Positions 39,638 to 52,045 of a stretch of 64,000 bases of DNA are shown piece by piece. This stretch comes from Eledone cirrhosa (Eukaryota). The stretch lies in NCBI GenBank assembly GCA_964016885.1, contig OZ024763.1, forward strand, positions 15,128,001 to 15,192,000, written 5' to 3'. The notes below the pieces were generated by a model that searched no databases, had not been told where the DNA came from, and saw only the letters and a list, made by a program, of their open reading frames with translations. Made by a program: the position numbers and the translations under genes. Each line of letters opens with the position of its first letter. The first letter of the stretch is position 1.

Positions 39638-40129
39638 ATTACAGTGAGCAGACATAATGTGTGTATATATATATATATATATGTTTGTGTGTGTCGAGAT
39701 ATAGATATATATATATGTGTGTGTGTTGAGATGTGTGTGTGTGTGTGCCTGTGTGTCTGTGTGTGTATGTGTGTGAGTGTGAGTGTATGTGTGAGTGTTT
39801 AAGTATGAGTGTGAGTGTGTGTATCACCTTCACAGCTTAATGTCTTTTCCATGCTCTCATGAGTTGGACATTATGAGACAAATCAGATCAGGTGACCATG
39901 TCTTGCAAATGGGTGTGTTTGTGTGTGTGAGGTGTGTGAGGTGTGTGAGGTGTGTGAGGTGTGTGAGGTGTGTGTGTGTGTGTGTGTTTAAAGTGTAGAA
40001 ATATACGAGACCCCCAGTAGACAATTGATGAGGAAAACCCCCCCTCCCCCCCACCGTTCTTGCTTTCTTCGTATTCCCACTGCATTTTAAGTTACCTGAA
40101 ATAGCAACTACACAGCCATTTCTATTCTC

Positions 40130-40510
40130 CAGAGGGTCGGGCGCCATGCTTTGCAGCAAAGAGTTACGTCCCCTTATGGTCTGAGTTCAAATCCCGCCGA
40201 GGTTGACTTTGCCTTTCATCCTTACGGGGTTCGATAAACTAAAGTACCAGTAATACACTGGGTAATTGCTGGCCTTGTGCCAAAAAGTAGAAACAATTAT
40301 TTGAGTTCAAATCCCGCCGAGGTTAACTTTGCCTTTCATCCTTACGGGGTTCGATAAACTAAAGTACCAGTAATACACTGGGTTATTGCTGACCTTGTAC
40401 CAAAAAGTAGAAACAATTATTTGAGTTCAAATCCCGCCGAGGTTAACTTTGCCTTTCATCCTTACGGGGTCAATAAAATAAAATACCAGTAATACACTGG
40501 GTTATTGCTG
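40130..40510 (+). mobile_element. SINE family 2 with a 120-bp tandem-amplified 3' part running into the gap
   Basis: tgagttcaaatcccgccgaggtt at about 40182, 40302 and 40422. Confidence 0.8.
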
Positions 40511-40710
40511 NNNNNNNNNNNNNNNNNNNNNNNNNNNNNNNNNNNNNNNNNNNNNNNNNNNNNNNNNNNNNNNNNNNNNNNNNNNNNNNNNNNNNNNNNN
40601 NNNNNNNNNNNNNNNNNNNNNNNNNNNNNNNNNNNNNNNNNNNNNNNNNNNNNNNNNNNNNNNNNNNNNNNNNNNNNNNNNNNNNNNNNNNNNNNNNNNN
40701 NNNNNNNNNN
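40511..40710. other. Assembly gap (200 N)
   Basis: Run of N. Confidence 1.
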
Positions 40711-40713
40711 CAT

Positions 40714-41048
40714 GGAGGCACATGGCTTAGTGGTTAGAGCATTGGGCCTTGCAATCGAAAGGTTGTGAGTTCAATTCTCAGACCGGGTGATGTGTTGTTT
40801 CCTTGAGCAAGACACTTTATGTCACATTGCTCCAGTTTACTCAGCTGTAGAAATGAGATGATAGGGACTTGGGCCCCTATCATTCCACTGTAAAGTGGTC
40901 ATGGAGGTGCCACGGCAAAAAAAAAAAAATCACCCACCATTCACTGTAAATGAGGTTGGTGTTAGGAAGGGCATCCAGCTGTAGAAATCAAGCCAGAATC
41001 AGTTCCCATCCCACCCTTGCAAGCAGGGAAAAGTGGGCGTAAAATGAA
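40714..41048 (+). mobile_element. tRNA-derived SINE family 1
   Basis: ggaggcacatggcttagtggttagagc head and shared body. Confidence 0.85.
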
Positions 41049-41070
41049 AAAAAATATATATATATATATA

Positions 41071-41367
41071 TAAGGAAATAGAAAGTTTAGATGATCAAGT
41101 CCTTTATTGCTAAGGCCATGATACATATTTCAGGGACGACATGCCCTGGAACAGGCATTCGGTTCATGAAGATCAGTGTTTGTCCTTTTCCTTTGTCACT
41201 TCAATTTTGGATTACCTCCTTCATTGTAACTTTGTTATGTAAGACGCTGTCTTAAGAGAGTATGGCAGTGGCTTCTACACTGAATTGCGTAGCCAATGTC
41301 GTCCTCCAAACATGTACCACAGCCTTATCAATAAAGAACTTTATCATCTAAACTTTGTATTTCCTTA
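41071..41367. repeat. Old diverged inverted repeat (about 72-bp arms) next to (TA)n
   Basis: taaggaaatagaaagtttagatgat...gacgacat / atgtcgtc...atcatctaaactttgtatttcctta. Arm consensus contains GAAA-yatg-TA. Confidence 0.6.
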
Positions 41368-41529
41368 TTCTAAAAATACTCCGTCACTCCTGTGTGGAAA
41401 ATGCACGTTGAGCTCTTGAAATGAATTACATCAATATTTTTACATCGCCAAATGGGACAGCCCGTCTAACTCATGCTAGCGTGGAAAATGGACGTTAAAC
41501 AATGATGATGATATAGATATATATATATA

Positions 41530-42232
41530 TCATCATCATCATCGTTTTACATCCGTTCTTCCGTGCTAGCATGGGTTAGACAGGTTGTCCTGTTGTGGGC
41601 AGTGTCTGGTCGGCTGACCATGCCTTGCTGACCATGCCTTGCTCATACAGGAACTGATTTTGGCTTGATTTCTACAGCTGGATGCCCTTCCTAACACCAA
41701 CCTCATTTATAGTGAGTGCTGGGTGCTTTTGTTTTCCGTGGCGCCTACACGTCCACTTTACAGTGTGGGCTGGGTGCTTTTTTGCCGTGGCACCTCCACG
41801 GCCACCTTGCAGTGGGAGGGTGTGGGGGCATATTGTCTATATGCTTCAGCTTGTACCCATACGCCAGAGGTCACGGTCATATGTCATCGCCTTTGAGAGG
41901 TGTAATTGGGTAAGGTCGGCTTTTATCACCTCATCCCAGGTCTTCTTGAGTCTCCCCACTCCGCGGTTTCCATTGACTTCTAGTGCTCTGCACCTTTTTA
42001 TGCAGCTGTCATCCTTCATCCGCATCATATGTCCATACCAACGCAACCGCCTCTCCTGCACACAGCATTTGATTCCTCTTATGCTCAGTCTCTCTCTCAA
42101 TTCATTTATGCTTTGTCGTTCGCGTATATTACTATTACACATCCATCGGAGCATGCAGACTTCGTTTCTTTCTAATCTACGTAAGTCTTCCACCTTCAGC
42201 ACCCAGGTCTCACTACCATGTAACATTGCTGT
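41530..42232 (-). mobile_element. 5'-truncated RTE LINE with a 3' UTR shared with SINE family 1
   Basis: MLHGSETWVLKVEDLRRLERNE..ERRLRWYGHMMRM..DRDLWR, then the ttggtgttaggaagggcatccagctgtag tail. Confidence 0.88.
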
Positions 42233-43029
42233 TCCCCATGCTAGCGTGGAAGAACGGACGTAAAACGGTGATTATGATGATGATGATACACGCATCATAC
42301 AGTCTGCCTTTCATTTTGAGGGAGAAGCCTTTTGCAGCTAGCAGTGGCAGTAGTTCCCTAAACTTCTTTTAGATCACCAACTCTAGCGAGGATGTTGTGC
42401 TATATGATAAACACACCCAGTACATTTTCTGAAGTGGTTGGTAATAGGAAGAGCACCCAGTCAACAAAAGCTTGACAAACAAAGGGTTGGGAGAAACCTT
42501 TAGTTGTGTAAAAGGCATAACAATTACTCTGGTGTTGGTGACCTACATGATAAACACCCAGTACATGCTGTAAAGTGACTACTGATGATAGGAAGAGTAT
42601 CCAGCCATAGAGAACCTGAGAAAGTGTCGGCAGGACCCTTCAGCTGTGTCAAAGTCACGACAACCTCCCTAGTGTTCGTGAATTCCCTGATAAACATACC
42701 CAGTACATTCTGTAAAGTGATTGGTTATAGGAAAGACATCTAGATGTAGAAAACCTGCTAAATAAAGGATCAGGAAGACACTTCAGTTCTTTCAAAGACA
42801 TAACAACCTCCTTGTGTTGAGGCCACAATAAAATGTACTTGGTAAAGTACAAGAGGGTATGTAAGCAAGATGCAGGCTCCTTAACTATCTGAGAGGTCAA
42901 TAGCGCCACTTGAGGTCTGACTCGGTCTGTGAAGACCCATATAACCCTTCTAGCAGAGAAAATAGATGTATGATGATGATGCACACACACACACATACAC
43001 ACATTACATCAGGTTTAGTTTCTCCAATG

Positions 43030-43880
43030 TACACACACACACACTCACACATACATATGCATATATGCAGATACACACACACAAATTAAGCACACATGCA
43101 CACAAACACCCAAACATAAGCATACATACATATGTGCATACACACACAAACACACAAATATAAGCACACATACATATGCACATTTGCACATACACACACA
43201 AATATAAGCTCTCATGCACACAAACACCCAAACATAAGCATACATATGTGCATACACACACAAACACACAGATACACAAATATAAGCACACATACATATG
43301 CACATACACACACAAATATAAGCTCTCATGCACACAAACACCCAAACATAAGCATACATACATATGTGCATACGCACACAAACACACAGATACACAAATA
43401 TAAGCACACATACATATGCATATTTGCACATACGCACACAAATATAAGCACACATGCACACAAACACCCAAACATAAGCATACATACATATGTGCATACA
43501 CACACAAACACACAGATACACAAATATAAGCACACATACATATGCATATTTAGACATACACACACAAATGTAAGCACACATGCACACAAACACCCAAACA
43601 TAAGCATACATACATATGTGCATACACACACACATAAACACACAGATACACAAATATAAGCTCTCATGCACACAAACACCCAAACATAAGCAGACATACA
43701 TGCATACACACACAACCACACAGATACACAAATATAAGCACACATACATATGCATATTTGCACATACACACACAAATATAAGCTCTCATGCACACAAACA
43801 CCCAGACATAAGCATACATACATGTGCATACACACACACAAACACACAGATACACAAACATAAGCACACATACATGTATG
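43030..43880. repeat. CA-rich compound minisatellite
   Basis: cacacaaacacccaaacataagcatac units. Confidence 0.88.
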
Positions 43881-44147
43881 TTACAGAAATAGGGCACTGG
43901 CAGATTTTGTAAATTCTGGGGTCACCTTTCATGTATATCACATTGTAGAAATATCTGTAATGTAAGCTGCACTCAATACCTATGACCCAGTGAGGCATAA
44001 AATAGCTGTAAGTAGTCGCAATACCTGTGACAGAGTGAAGTATGACACATACCTTTCAAGCATATCACATAGTAGAAATAGTTGCCATGTAAGTAGCACG
44101 CAATACCCATGATCCAGTGAAGCATGAAATAGCTGTGATGTAAGAAG

Positions 44148-44955
44148 ACTCAACACCTGCGACCCAGTGAAGCGTGACTACAACAAATGTAGCACTCAAC
44201 ACTTGCAACCCAGTGAAGCGCGACTACAACAAATGTAGCACTCAACACTTGCGACCCAGTGAAGCGTGACTACAACAAATGTAGCACTCAACACCTGCGA
44301 CCCAGTGAAGCTTGACTACAACAAATGTAGCACTCAACACCTGCGACCCAGTGAAGCGTGACTACAACAAATGTAGCACTCAACACCTGCGACCCAGTGA
44401 AGCGTGACTACAACAAATGTAGCACTCAACACTTGCGACCCAGTGAAGCGCGACTACAACAAATGTAGCACTCAACACCTGAGACCCAGTGAAGCGCGAC
44501 TACAACAAATGTAGCACTCAACACCTGAGACCCAGTGAAGCTTGACTACAACAAATGTAGCACTCAACATGTGCAACCCAGTGAAGCGCGACTACAACAA
44601 ATGTAGCACTCAACACCTGAGACCCAGTGAAGCGCGACTACAACAAATGTAGCACTCAACACTTGCAACCCAGTGAAGCGTGACTATAACAAATGTAGCA
44701 CTCAACACCTGCGACCCAGTGAAGCGTGACTACAACAAATGTAGCACTCAACACTTGCAACCCAGTGAAGCGTGACTACAACAAATGTAGCACTCAACAC
44801 CCGAGACCCAGTGAAGTGTGACTACAACAAATGAAGCACTCAACACTTGCAACCCAGTGAAGCATGACTACAACAAATGTAGCACTAAACACCTTCGACC
44901 CAGTGAAGCGTGACTACAACATATGTAGCAATCAACATGTGCAACCCAGTGAAAT
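44148..44955. repeat. 46-bp minisatellite, about 17 units, with diverged precursor-like units at 43960-44150
   Basis: caacacctgcgacccagtgaagcgtgactacaacaaatgtagcact. Confidence 0.92.
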
Positions 44956-44992
44956 GAGACCACCACCACCATTATCATCATCACCACCAACA

Positions 44993-45880
44993 TTGCCTTT
45001 CATCCTTCTGGGGCTGATAAAATAAAGTACCAGTAATACACTGGTGTCAATACAATGTAAGAAAGAATTATCATGAGTGGTGGACTGGCAGAATTGGTAG
45101 AGGATCGGACAAAATACTTTACGTGAATGGGTTTTTGCATTCTGATTTCAAATCCTGCCAAGGTCAAGTTTGCCTTTCATCCTTACAGGATCAATAAAAT
45201 AAAGTACCAGTAATACACTGGCGTCGATTTAATCGACTTTTCCCTTCTCCGAAAATGTTGGTTGATTGGCAGTATCAGTAGGGCATCAGACAACATGCTT
45301 TGCAGCATAGAGTTACACCCCTTTACATTCTGAGTTCAAATCATGCCAAGCTAAACTCTGTCTTTCATCCTCACATGGTTAATGAAATAAAGTACCAGTA
45401 ATCCACTGGGGTCAATTTAATCGACCCCCCCCCCCCCCCAACCTAAAAATTGTTGGCCTTGTGCCTATATAAGAAACCATTATTGAATTGGCAGTATCGG
45501 TAGAGGGTCGGACGCCATGTTTTGAAGCATAGAGTTACCTCCCTGTATGATCTGAGTTCAAATCCCGCCGAGGTTAACTTTGCCTTTCATCCTTCCAGGG
45601 TCGATAAAATAAAGTACCAGTAATGCACTGGTTAATTTGCTGGCCTTGTGCCAAAAGTAGAAACAATTATTATTATTATTATAGCAGTGGATTGGCAGTA
45701 TCGGTAGAGGGTCGGACGCCATGTTTTGCAGCAAAGAGTTACGGCCCTTTATGGTCTGAGTTCAAATCCCGACGAGGTTAACTTTGCCTTTGATCCTTAC
45801 AGGGTCGAGAAAATAAAGTACCAGTAATACACTGATTTAATTTCTGGCATTGTGCCAAAAATAGAAACAATTATTATTAT
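44993..45880 (+). mobile_element. Head-to-tail cluster of about 5 SINE family 2 copies
   Basis: Repeated ggcagtatcggtagagggtcggacgccatg...tgagttcaaatcc...gtaccagtaat. Confidence 0.8.
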
Positions 45881-46048
45881 TAGAAATAATTAAAATAAAA
45901 AATATTTTTAAATGAATTTATTAGAAATTTTGTTGTTGTTGTTGTTATCGAAAAATTGAAAACATTATCATTATAAATATAAATCCAAAGAGAAGAAACT
46001 AAAACAGTTTTCTCCAAGTTCCTTATACTCTGAAGAAGGCAATTTTAA

Positions 46049-47126
46049 CCCTTTAGCATTTACATTACTCTATATATACTATTATATTTTCATGGTAAAG
46101 GCTTTACCTCCTCTATATATACTATTATATTTTCATGGTAAAGACTTTACCTCACATAATATCTCACATAACATTCACATTACTCTATATATACTATTAT
46201 ATTTTCATGGTAAAGGCTTTACCTCCTCTATATATACTATTATATTTTCATGGTAAAGACTTTACCTCACATAATATCTCACATAACATTCACATTACTC
46301 TATATATACTATTATATTTTCATGGTAAAGGCTTTACCTCCTCTATATATACTATTATATTTTCATGGTAAAGACTTTACCTCACATAATATCTCACATA
46401 ACATTCACATTACTCTATATATACTATTATATTTTCATGGTAAAGGCTTTACCTCCTCTATATGTACTATTATATTTTCATGGTAAAGACTTTACCTCAC
46501 ATAATATCTCACATAACATTCACATTACTCTATATATACTATTATATTTTCATGGTAAAGACTTTACCTCACATAATATCTCACATAACATTCACATTAC
46601 TTTATATATACTATTATATGTTCATGGTAAAAGCTTTACCTCACATAATATCTCACATAACATTCACATTACTCTAAATATACTATTATATTTTCATGGT
46701 AAAGGCTTTACTTCACATAATATCTCGCATAACATTTACATTACTCTATATATACTATTATATTTTCATGGTAAAGGCTTTACCTCACATAACATTCACA
46801 TTACTCTATATATACTATTATATTTTCATGGTAAAGGCTTTACCTCACATAATTATCTCACATAATATCAACATTACTCTATATATACTATTGTATTTTC
46901 ATGGTAAAGGCTTTACCTCACATAATATCTCACATAATATCAACATTACTATATATATACTATTATATGTTCATGGTAAAGGCTTTACCTCACATAATAT
47001 CGAATCTATGAGATTTTGAAAGTATTTATTTTGAGAACAATACCTTAACATCAGTTTGAGTGACCAGTTACAGCCAGTTTCAACAGAAAAAGGTAGAGAA
47101 TTCTGGGCAGTTTGAACACTAAAGGG
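46049..47126 (+). mobile_element. piggyBac-type MITE with TTAA TSD and an internal 115-bp tandem expansion
   Basis: ttaa|ccctttag ... ctaaaggg|ttaa. ORF starts at 46135, 46250 and 46365 show the 115-bp period. Confidence 0.75.
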
Positions 47127-49629
47127 TTAAGTCCGAAATATTAGGACAAAAGAAACAACAGCAACAAAAACAAACAGATTACCAAGTAACTAAATTTTTA
47201 GTTACCTTCACCTGATTGTCCATTTTGCATTGTTTAGCCTTATATCACTTTCCTTGTTATATAATTGTTTCTTATTTTGGCACAAGGCCAGCAATTAACC
47301 AGTGCATTACTGGTACTTTATTTTATCAACCCCCGTAATAACTGTTTCTACTTTTGGCACAAGGCCAGCAATCACTCCAGTGCATCACTGGTACTTTTTT
47401 TTAATCAACCTCGTAAGGATGAAAGGCAAAGTTAACCTTGGCAGGATTTGAACTCAGAACATAAAGGGCCATAACTCTGCTGCAAAGCATGGTGTCTGAT
47501 GCTCTACCGATTCTGCCAATTCACCGCCCTTTCCACATTCTATAATATCATTATTACAGAGTCAATAAAATAAAGTACCAGTTATGCACTGGGGTATTTG
47601 CTGGCCTTGTGCCAAAAGTAGAAACAATTAGTATATTTTGTTATTGTTGCTGTTATTGTTATTGTTATTAGTGAAAAAATGAAATTATTTGATTTTATTG
47701 TTACTGAATAATAAAAAATATTATTATTATTATTATTGTTGTTGTAGTTGTTATTGAAGACTTGGAATTAGAAATATTTATGTAAACATTTTGTTTGGTG
47801 TAGAATTGGGTTAATGTTTGATGGGAGGGAGAAAGTGATAATGAGAGAGAGAGGGGGAGAGAGAGAGAGATATAATGAGAGAGAGAGGGAGAGAGAGAGA
47901 TGAGAGAGAGAGGGAGAATGACAGAGAGAAAGAGAATGAGAGAGAGAAAGAAGCAGTGTCAGAGAGAGGGAGAATGACAGAGAAAAAGAGAATGAGAGGA
48001 GAGAAGCAGTGTCAGAGAGAGAGAGAGAGAGAGCAAGGGAGTAGGTGAGTTAGGGAGGCAGTGGGTGAGTTAAAGAAAAAGAACAAGAGATAGTGAGAGA
48101 GAGGGAAAAAGAGAGAACATGGGTGGGGGAGTTAGAGAGAAAGAATAGGAAAGAGACAGTGACAAACCATCCTCACTACACTACATCTTTCTCTCTCTAA
48201 GTAATTGTCTATCCCTCTCTCTCTCCAAGTCATTCGGTCTATCCCTGTCTCTCATTCTCCCTCACTATCTACATATCCGAGGTTAACTTTGCCTTTCATC
48301 CTTACGGGGTCGATAAAATAAAGTACCAGTAATGCACTGGGTAATTGCTGGCCTTGTGCCTAAAGTAGAAACAACTATCTACTTATCTCCTTTTCTCAAT
48401 CTCTCCCAGCAGGGTCACTACTCTAATACTGACCATCACGGATTGGAATTAAACATAAGTGACCATCACCACCTCCCGTCCGTCATCAGTCATCAATAAT
48501 AGCCCCACACCTCACCCTTCATCTAAAGACTAGGGAAGGAGACAAGCTGGGTGTTGGATTGGATCAAGGAAACAAGATTTCCATTGGTCTTTCCATTGCT
48601 GATACTATCTGTTGGTCACAACTCCTGGCAAAACAAAGGAGCTGATCATCAGATCAGACCAAGGAAACAAGATTTCCATTGGTCTTTCTATTGCTGATAC
48701 TATCTGTTGGTCACAACTCCTGGAAGAAGGAAATATTGTCTTCATTGGCCTTTCCATTAATTATACTATCTGTCTGTAGTAACTTTTGAAGTGGAAAAGA
48801 AAGAAACCTACTGCCAAATCAGATCAAAGTAACAATATTTCCATTGTTCAAACCCTTTAAAATGATTGGTTTTGTTTCATGGAACCAGAGCCAGCTTTGG
48901 TCAGGTTGGTATCAAAATAGTTAAGGAAGAATTTAAAGAGATTTACTAAACTTAATAATTTCATTACTAAGATAGTAACTTAACAAATGATTCTTAGAAT
49001 AAAATTATGTTGGAAAATTTTAATTTATATATGAACATTATATTTCATTTAATTAATGAAGAATTTAGAGAGATTTACTAGAATTATTATTTAATTATTA
49101 AGATAGTAACTTAACGTATGCTTCTTATATAAAATTATGTTGGAAGATTTTAATTCAACTAGGACCTCTTTAAAATAGGTGACCTTCTTTCGTAGAACCA
49201 GAGCTGGTTTGGGGGGTGGGATGGTATCAAAATGATTAATCCAAAACCCTAACAATTTTACCAATAATTACAATTATATATAGCATAATTATAATTACAT
49301 ACATCATAATTATATTTGTATACATCATAATTAATATAGAATATACTTCAATCAATCCCGGTTATAATTATATTTATATACATCATAATTATATTTACAT
49401 ATATCATAATTATAATTATACACATAATTATATTCATATATATCATAATTATAAACAACTATCTATTTTTAGAAACGTTGAGTGGAAATGTATTTATTGA
49501 AAATTACTTTTGATTATGAAAAAAAAAAAATGTGAATCGATGCTTCTAACTCTTATGTTAATTTCCAATAAATCATACTTATACTTAATTATTGATCTCT
49601 CTGTCTGATTTCCCTTATACCATGTATAT

Positions 49630-50012
49630 TTATGAATGTCTCTGTGTTGGAAGAAGGTGTTCAAGCGAGCCAATTACTAGAATAGAAGTCTAATAAGGCC
49701 TCGCCATTCCTTCCTACCATTCCTTTCTATGTCAGGAGGTCAGTGCCAATATGAGGACTGAAGTCACCCACCAGAATATATGACTCAGTTTAAACTACAT
49801 CCAATGCTGATGTGACTTCATCAAGGAAAGATCTGTATTCAGATTCTTTGCTTGGTGCATAAACTTTCACCACCCACAGAAACCCATCCCTCAGCTGAAA
49901 CCCCAAGAGGCAAATCCTCTCTACACTTGGGACCTAGTCCATAACACATTCTGACAGCCGGGGGGCTTATGAGCATCCCTACTCTTACCCATACAGTCAT
50001 TTCTGGTGCCAC
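49630..50012 (-). mobile_element. Degenerate RTE-type AP-endonuclease fragment
   Basis: VAPEMTVWVRVGMLISP..VYAPSKESEYRSFLDEVTSALDVV*TESYILVGDFSPHIG..KGMVGRNG. Confidence 0.7.
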
Positions 50013-50225
50013 ACACAGTTTATGGCCAAATCCAAGTGGCGGGAGACCCAAGGGTAGACCCTAAGCAAGACAGTTGGATAAAACATTCATGAGCTCGGCT
50101 GGTCTCACTTGGGGATCCAGCCAAGTTATTTGGAGATGGTTGCTTCTGACAGGACCCACTGGAAAGAGTCTTTGAGGATTCTGCCCCCATGACTCTCTCA
50201 GGAATAAGTGGATGGAAAAGAAGAT
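50013..50225 (+). mobile_element. Expander/RTE-like LINE 3' end (second copy at 52047-52205)
   Basis: GRPKGRP..WSHLGIQPSYLEMVASDRTHWK..ILPP, with frameshifts. Confidence 0.6.
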
Positions 50226-50689
50226 ATAGACAATATGCCCCCACCCCCTCACATTGCAAAGTGGTCATGGAGGTGTCATGGAAAAAAAGTACCCAGCCCA
50301 CACTGTAAAGTGGTCGTGTAGGCGCTACGGAAAAATAGCACCCAGCACACACTGTAAATGAGGTTGGTGTTAGGAAGGGCATCCAGCTGTAGAAATCCAG
50401 CCAAAATCAGTTCCCGTATGAGCAAAACAAGGTCAGCCGACCGGCTAATGCCCACAACAGGACAACCCGTCTAATCCATGCTAGCGTGGAAGAATGGACA
50501 TAAAATGATGATATATATATATGCATTTTATTGCATTTATATGCTCATATATTTCATCTGCTTCTTCCCCCCTTTGCTATCTTTTCTTATATAAATGTTG
50601 ATATTTATGCTTACTTCCCATATTATGTATCCTCCTAATGTTCTTTGACAAACTTCTCATATAATATTTGTGTTTCAACCTTTATTATA

Positions 50690-50736
50690 TACTCTGATGA
50701 TTCCAGTCTTGTGGGATGATGAAACAATCATAAGTG
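50690..50736 (+). ncRNA. Degenerate hammerhead motif
   Basis: tact-CTGATGA-ttcca gtcttg tggga tgat-GAAA-caatca-TA-agtg. caatca is what CpG decay of the palindrome cgatcg would give. Confidence 0.45.
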
Positions 50737-50946
50737 ATTAAATGTTCCAAACACTCATTGATTGTTATTTATATAGTGTGTGTGTGTATCATCATCATCA
50801 TCATCATCGTTTAACGTCCATGTTCCACGCTTGCATGGGTTTGGACGGGAGTTTTCCCACTTGAGGCAAGAGTGGTTGTCTTGCTCGCATAGGACTGTCG
50901 GGTTTTCTACAGCTGGATGCCCTTCCTAACACCAACCACATTTACA

Positions 50947-50986
<40 letters not shown>

Positions 50987-51129
50987 AGTATATGTTGGTT
51001 GTATACCAACACCTCAGTATGCAGGCTGGAGCACTCGACGAAGTGCGCAGGTTGGTTTGGTTACTCCGGAGTAATGTAAAATAAAGTAAAATAAATAAGT
51101 CAGATGTTTAAAATTTAGCTTCGTTTATT

Positions 51130-51184
51130 ACTGCTATATATATTTCGGTGACAGCCATCTTTGGCTGTGACCTCTTCAGGCAGT
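51130..51184 (-). ncRNA. Type I hammerhead motif with intact core, family B
   Basis: actgc-CTGAAGA-ggtc acagcca aaga tggctgt cacc-GAAA-tatata-TA-gcagt. Confidence 0.75.
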
Positions 51185-51317
51185 CCGAATAAGTGTGGTA
51201 TAGACAAGTACATATGTTGTTGAGGTGTATAATTTTGTCAATACTCTGATATGCCCAGTTCCTGGTTGGGTTGTTATTTCACTGAGGAACTGGAATCATA
51301 TGTATATATATATATAT

Positions 51318-51692
51318 ATATCAATGATATTAATAAATGGAAATTATATTTATAAAACCATATTTCTTCTATTATATATATTTCAAGGGTACCAAAACTT
51401 TGGTACGCTCTCATCAGATAAAATACAAAGTTTGTTTTATAAATATTGACATATCCAGGAATGAGACCTTAACAGTTCAAGTTTTACCTGGATATGTCAA
51501 TATTTATAAAACAAACTTTGTATTTTATCTGATGAGAGCGTACCAAAGTTTTGGTACTCTTGAAATATATATAATAGAATAAATGTGGTTTTATATATAT
51601 AATTTCTATTTATTAATATCATTGATATTATACTCCAGAAAACTTGTCGAGTGCTTCGAATTGAGTGCAACAAATTAAATATCCCTGTTGCT
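51318..51692 (+). mobile_element. Family A fold-back element (142-bp arms, 51318-51459 / 51487-51628)
   Basis: Inverted arms with a 27-nt spacer, unique tail, (TA)n on both sides. Confidence 0.75.
51521..51581 (+). ncRNA. Type I hammerhead motif with intact core (mirror 51365-51425 on minus)
   Basis: tattttat-CTGATGA-gagc gtaccaaa gt tttggtac tctt-GAAA-tatata-TA-atagaata. Confidence 0.78.
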
Positions 51693-51707
51693 TATATATA
51701 TATATGT

Positions 51708-52045
51708 GGTGGCACATGGCTTAGTGGTTAGAACATTGGCCTTGCAATCGAAAGGTTGTGAGTTCAATTCTCAGACCAGGTGATGTGTTGTTTCCTTGAG
51801 CAAGAAACTTTATTTCACATTGCTCCCGTTTACTCAGCTGTAGAAATGAGATGATAGGGACTGGGGTCCATATCATTCCACTGCAAAGTGGTCGTGGAGG
51901 TGCCATGCCAAAAAGCACCCAGCACTCACTGTAAATGAGGTTGGTGTTAGGAAGGGCATCCAGCTGTAGAAATCAAGCCAGAATCAGTTCCCGTCCCACC
52001 CTTGCAAGCAGGGAAAAGCGGACGTAAAATGATGATGATGATGAT
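51708..52045 (+). mobile_element. tRNA-derived SINE family 1
   Basis: Same as the 5385 copy. Confidence 0.85.
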
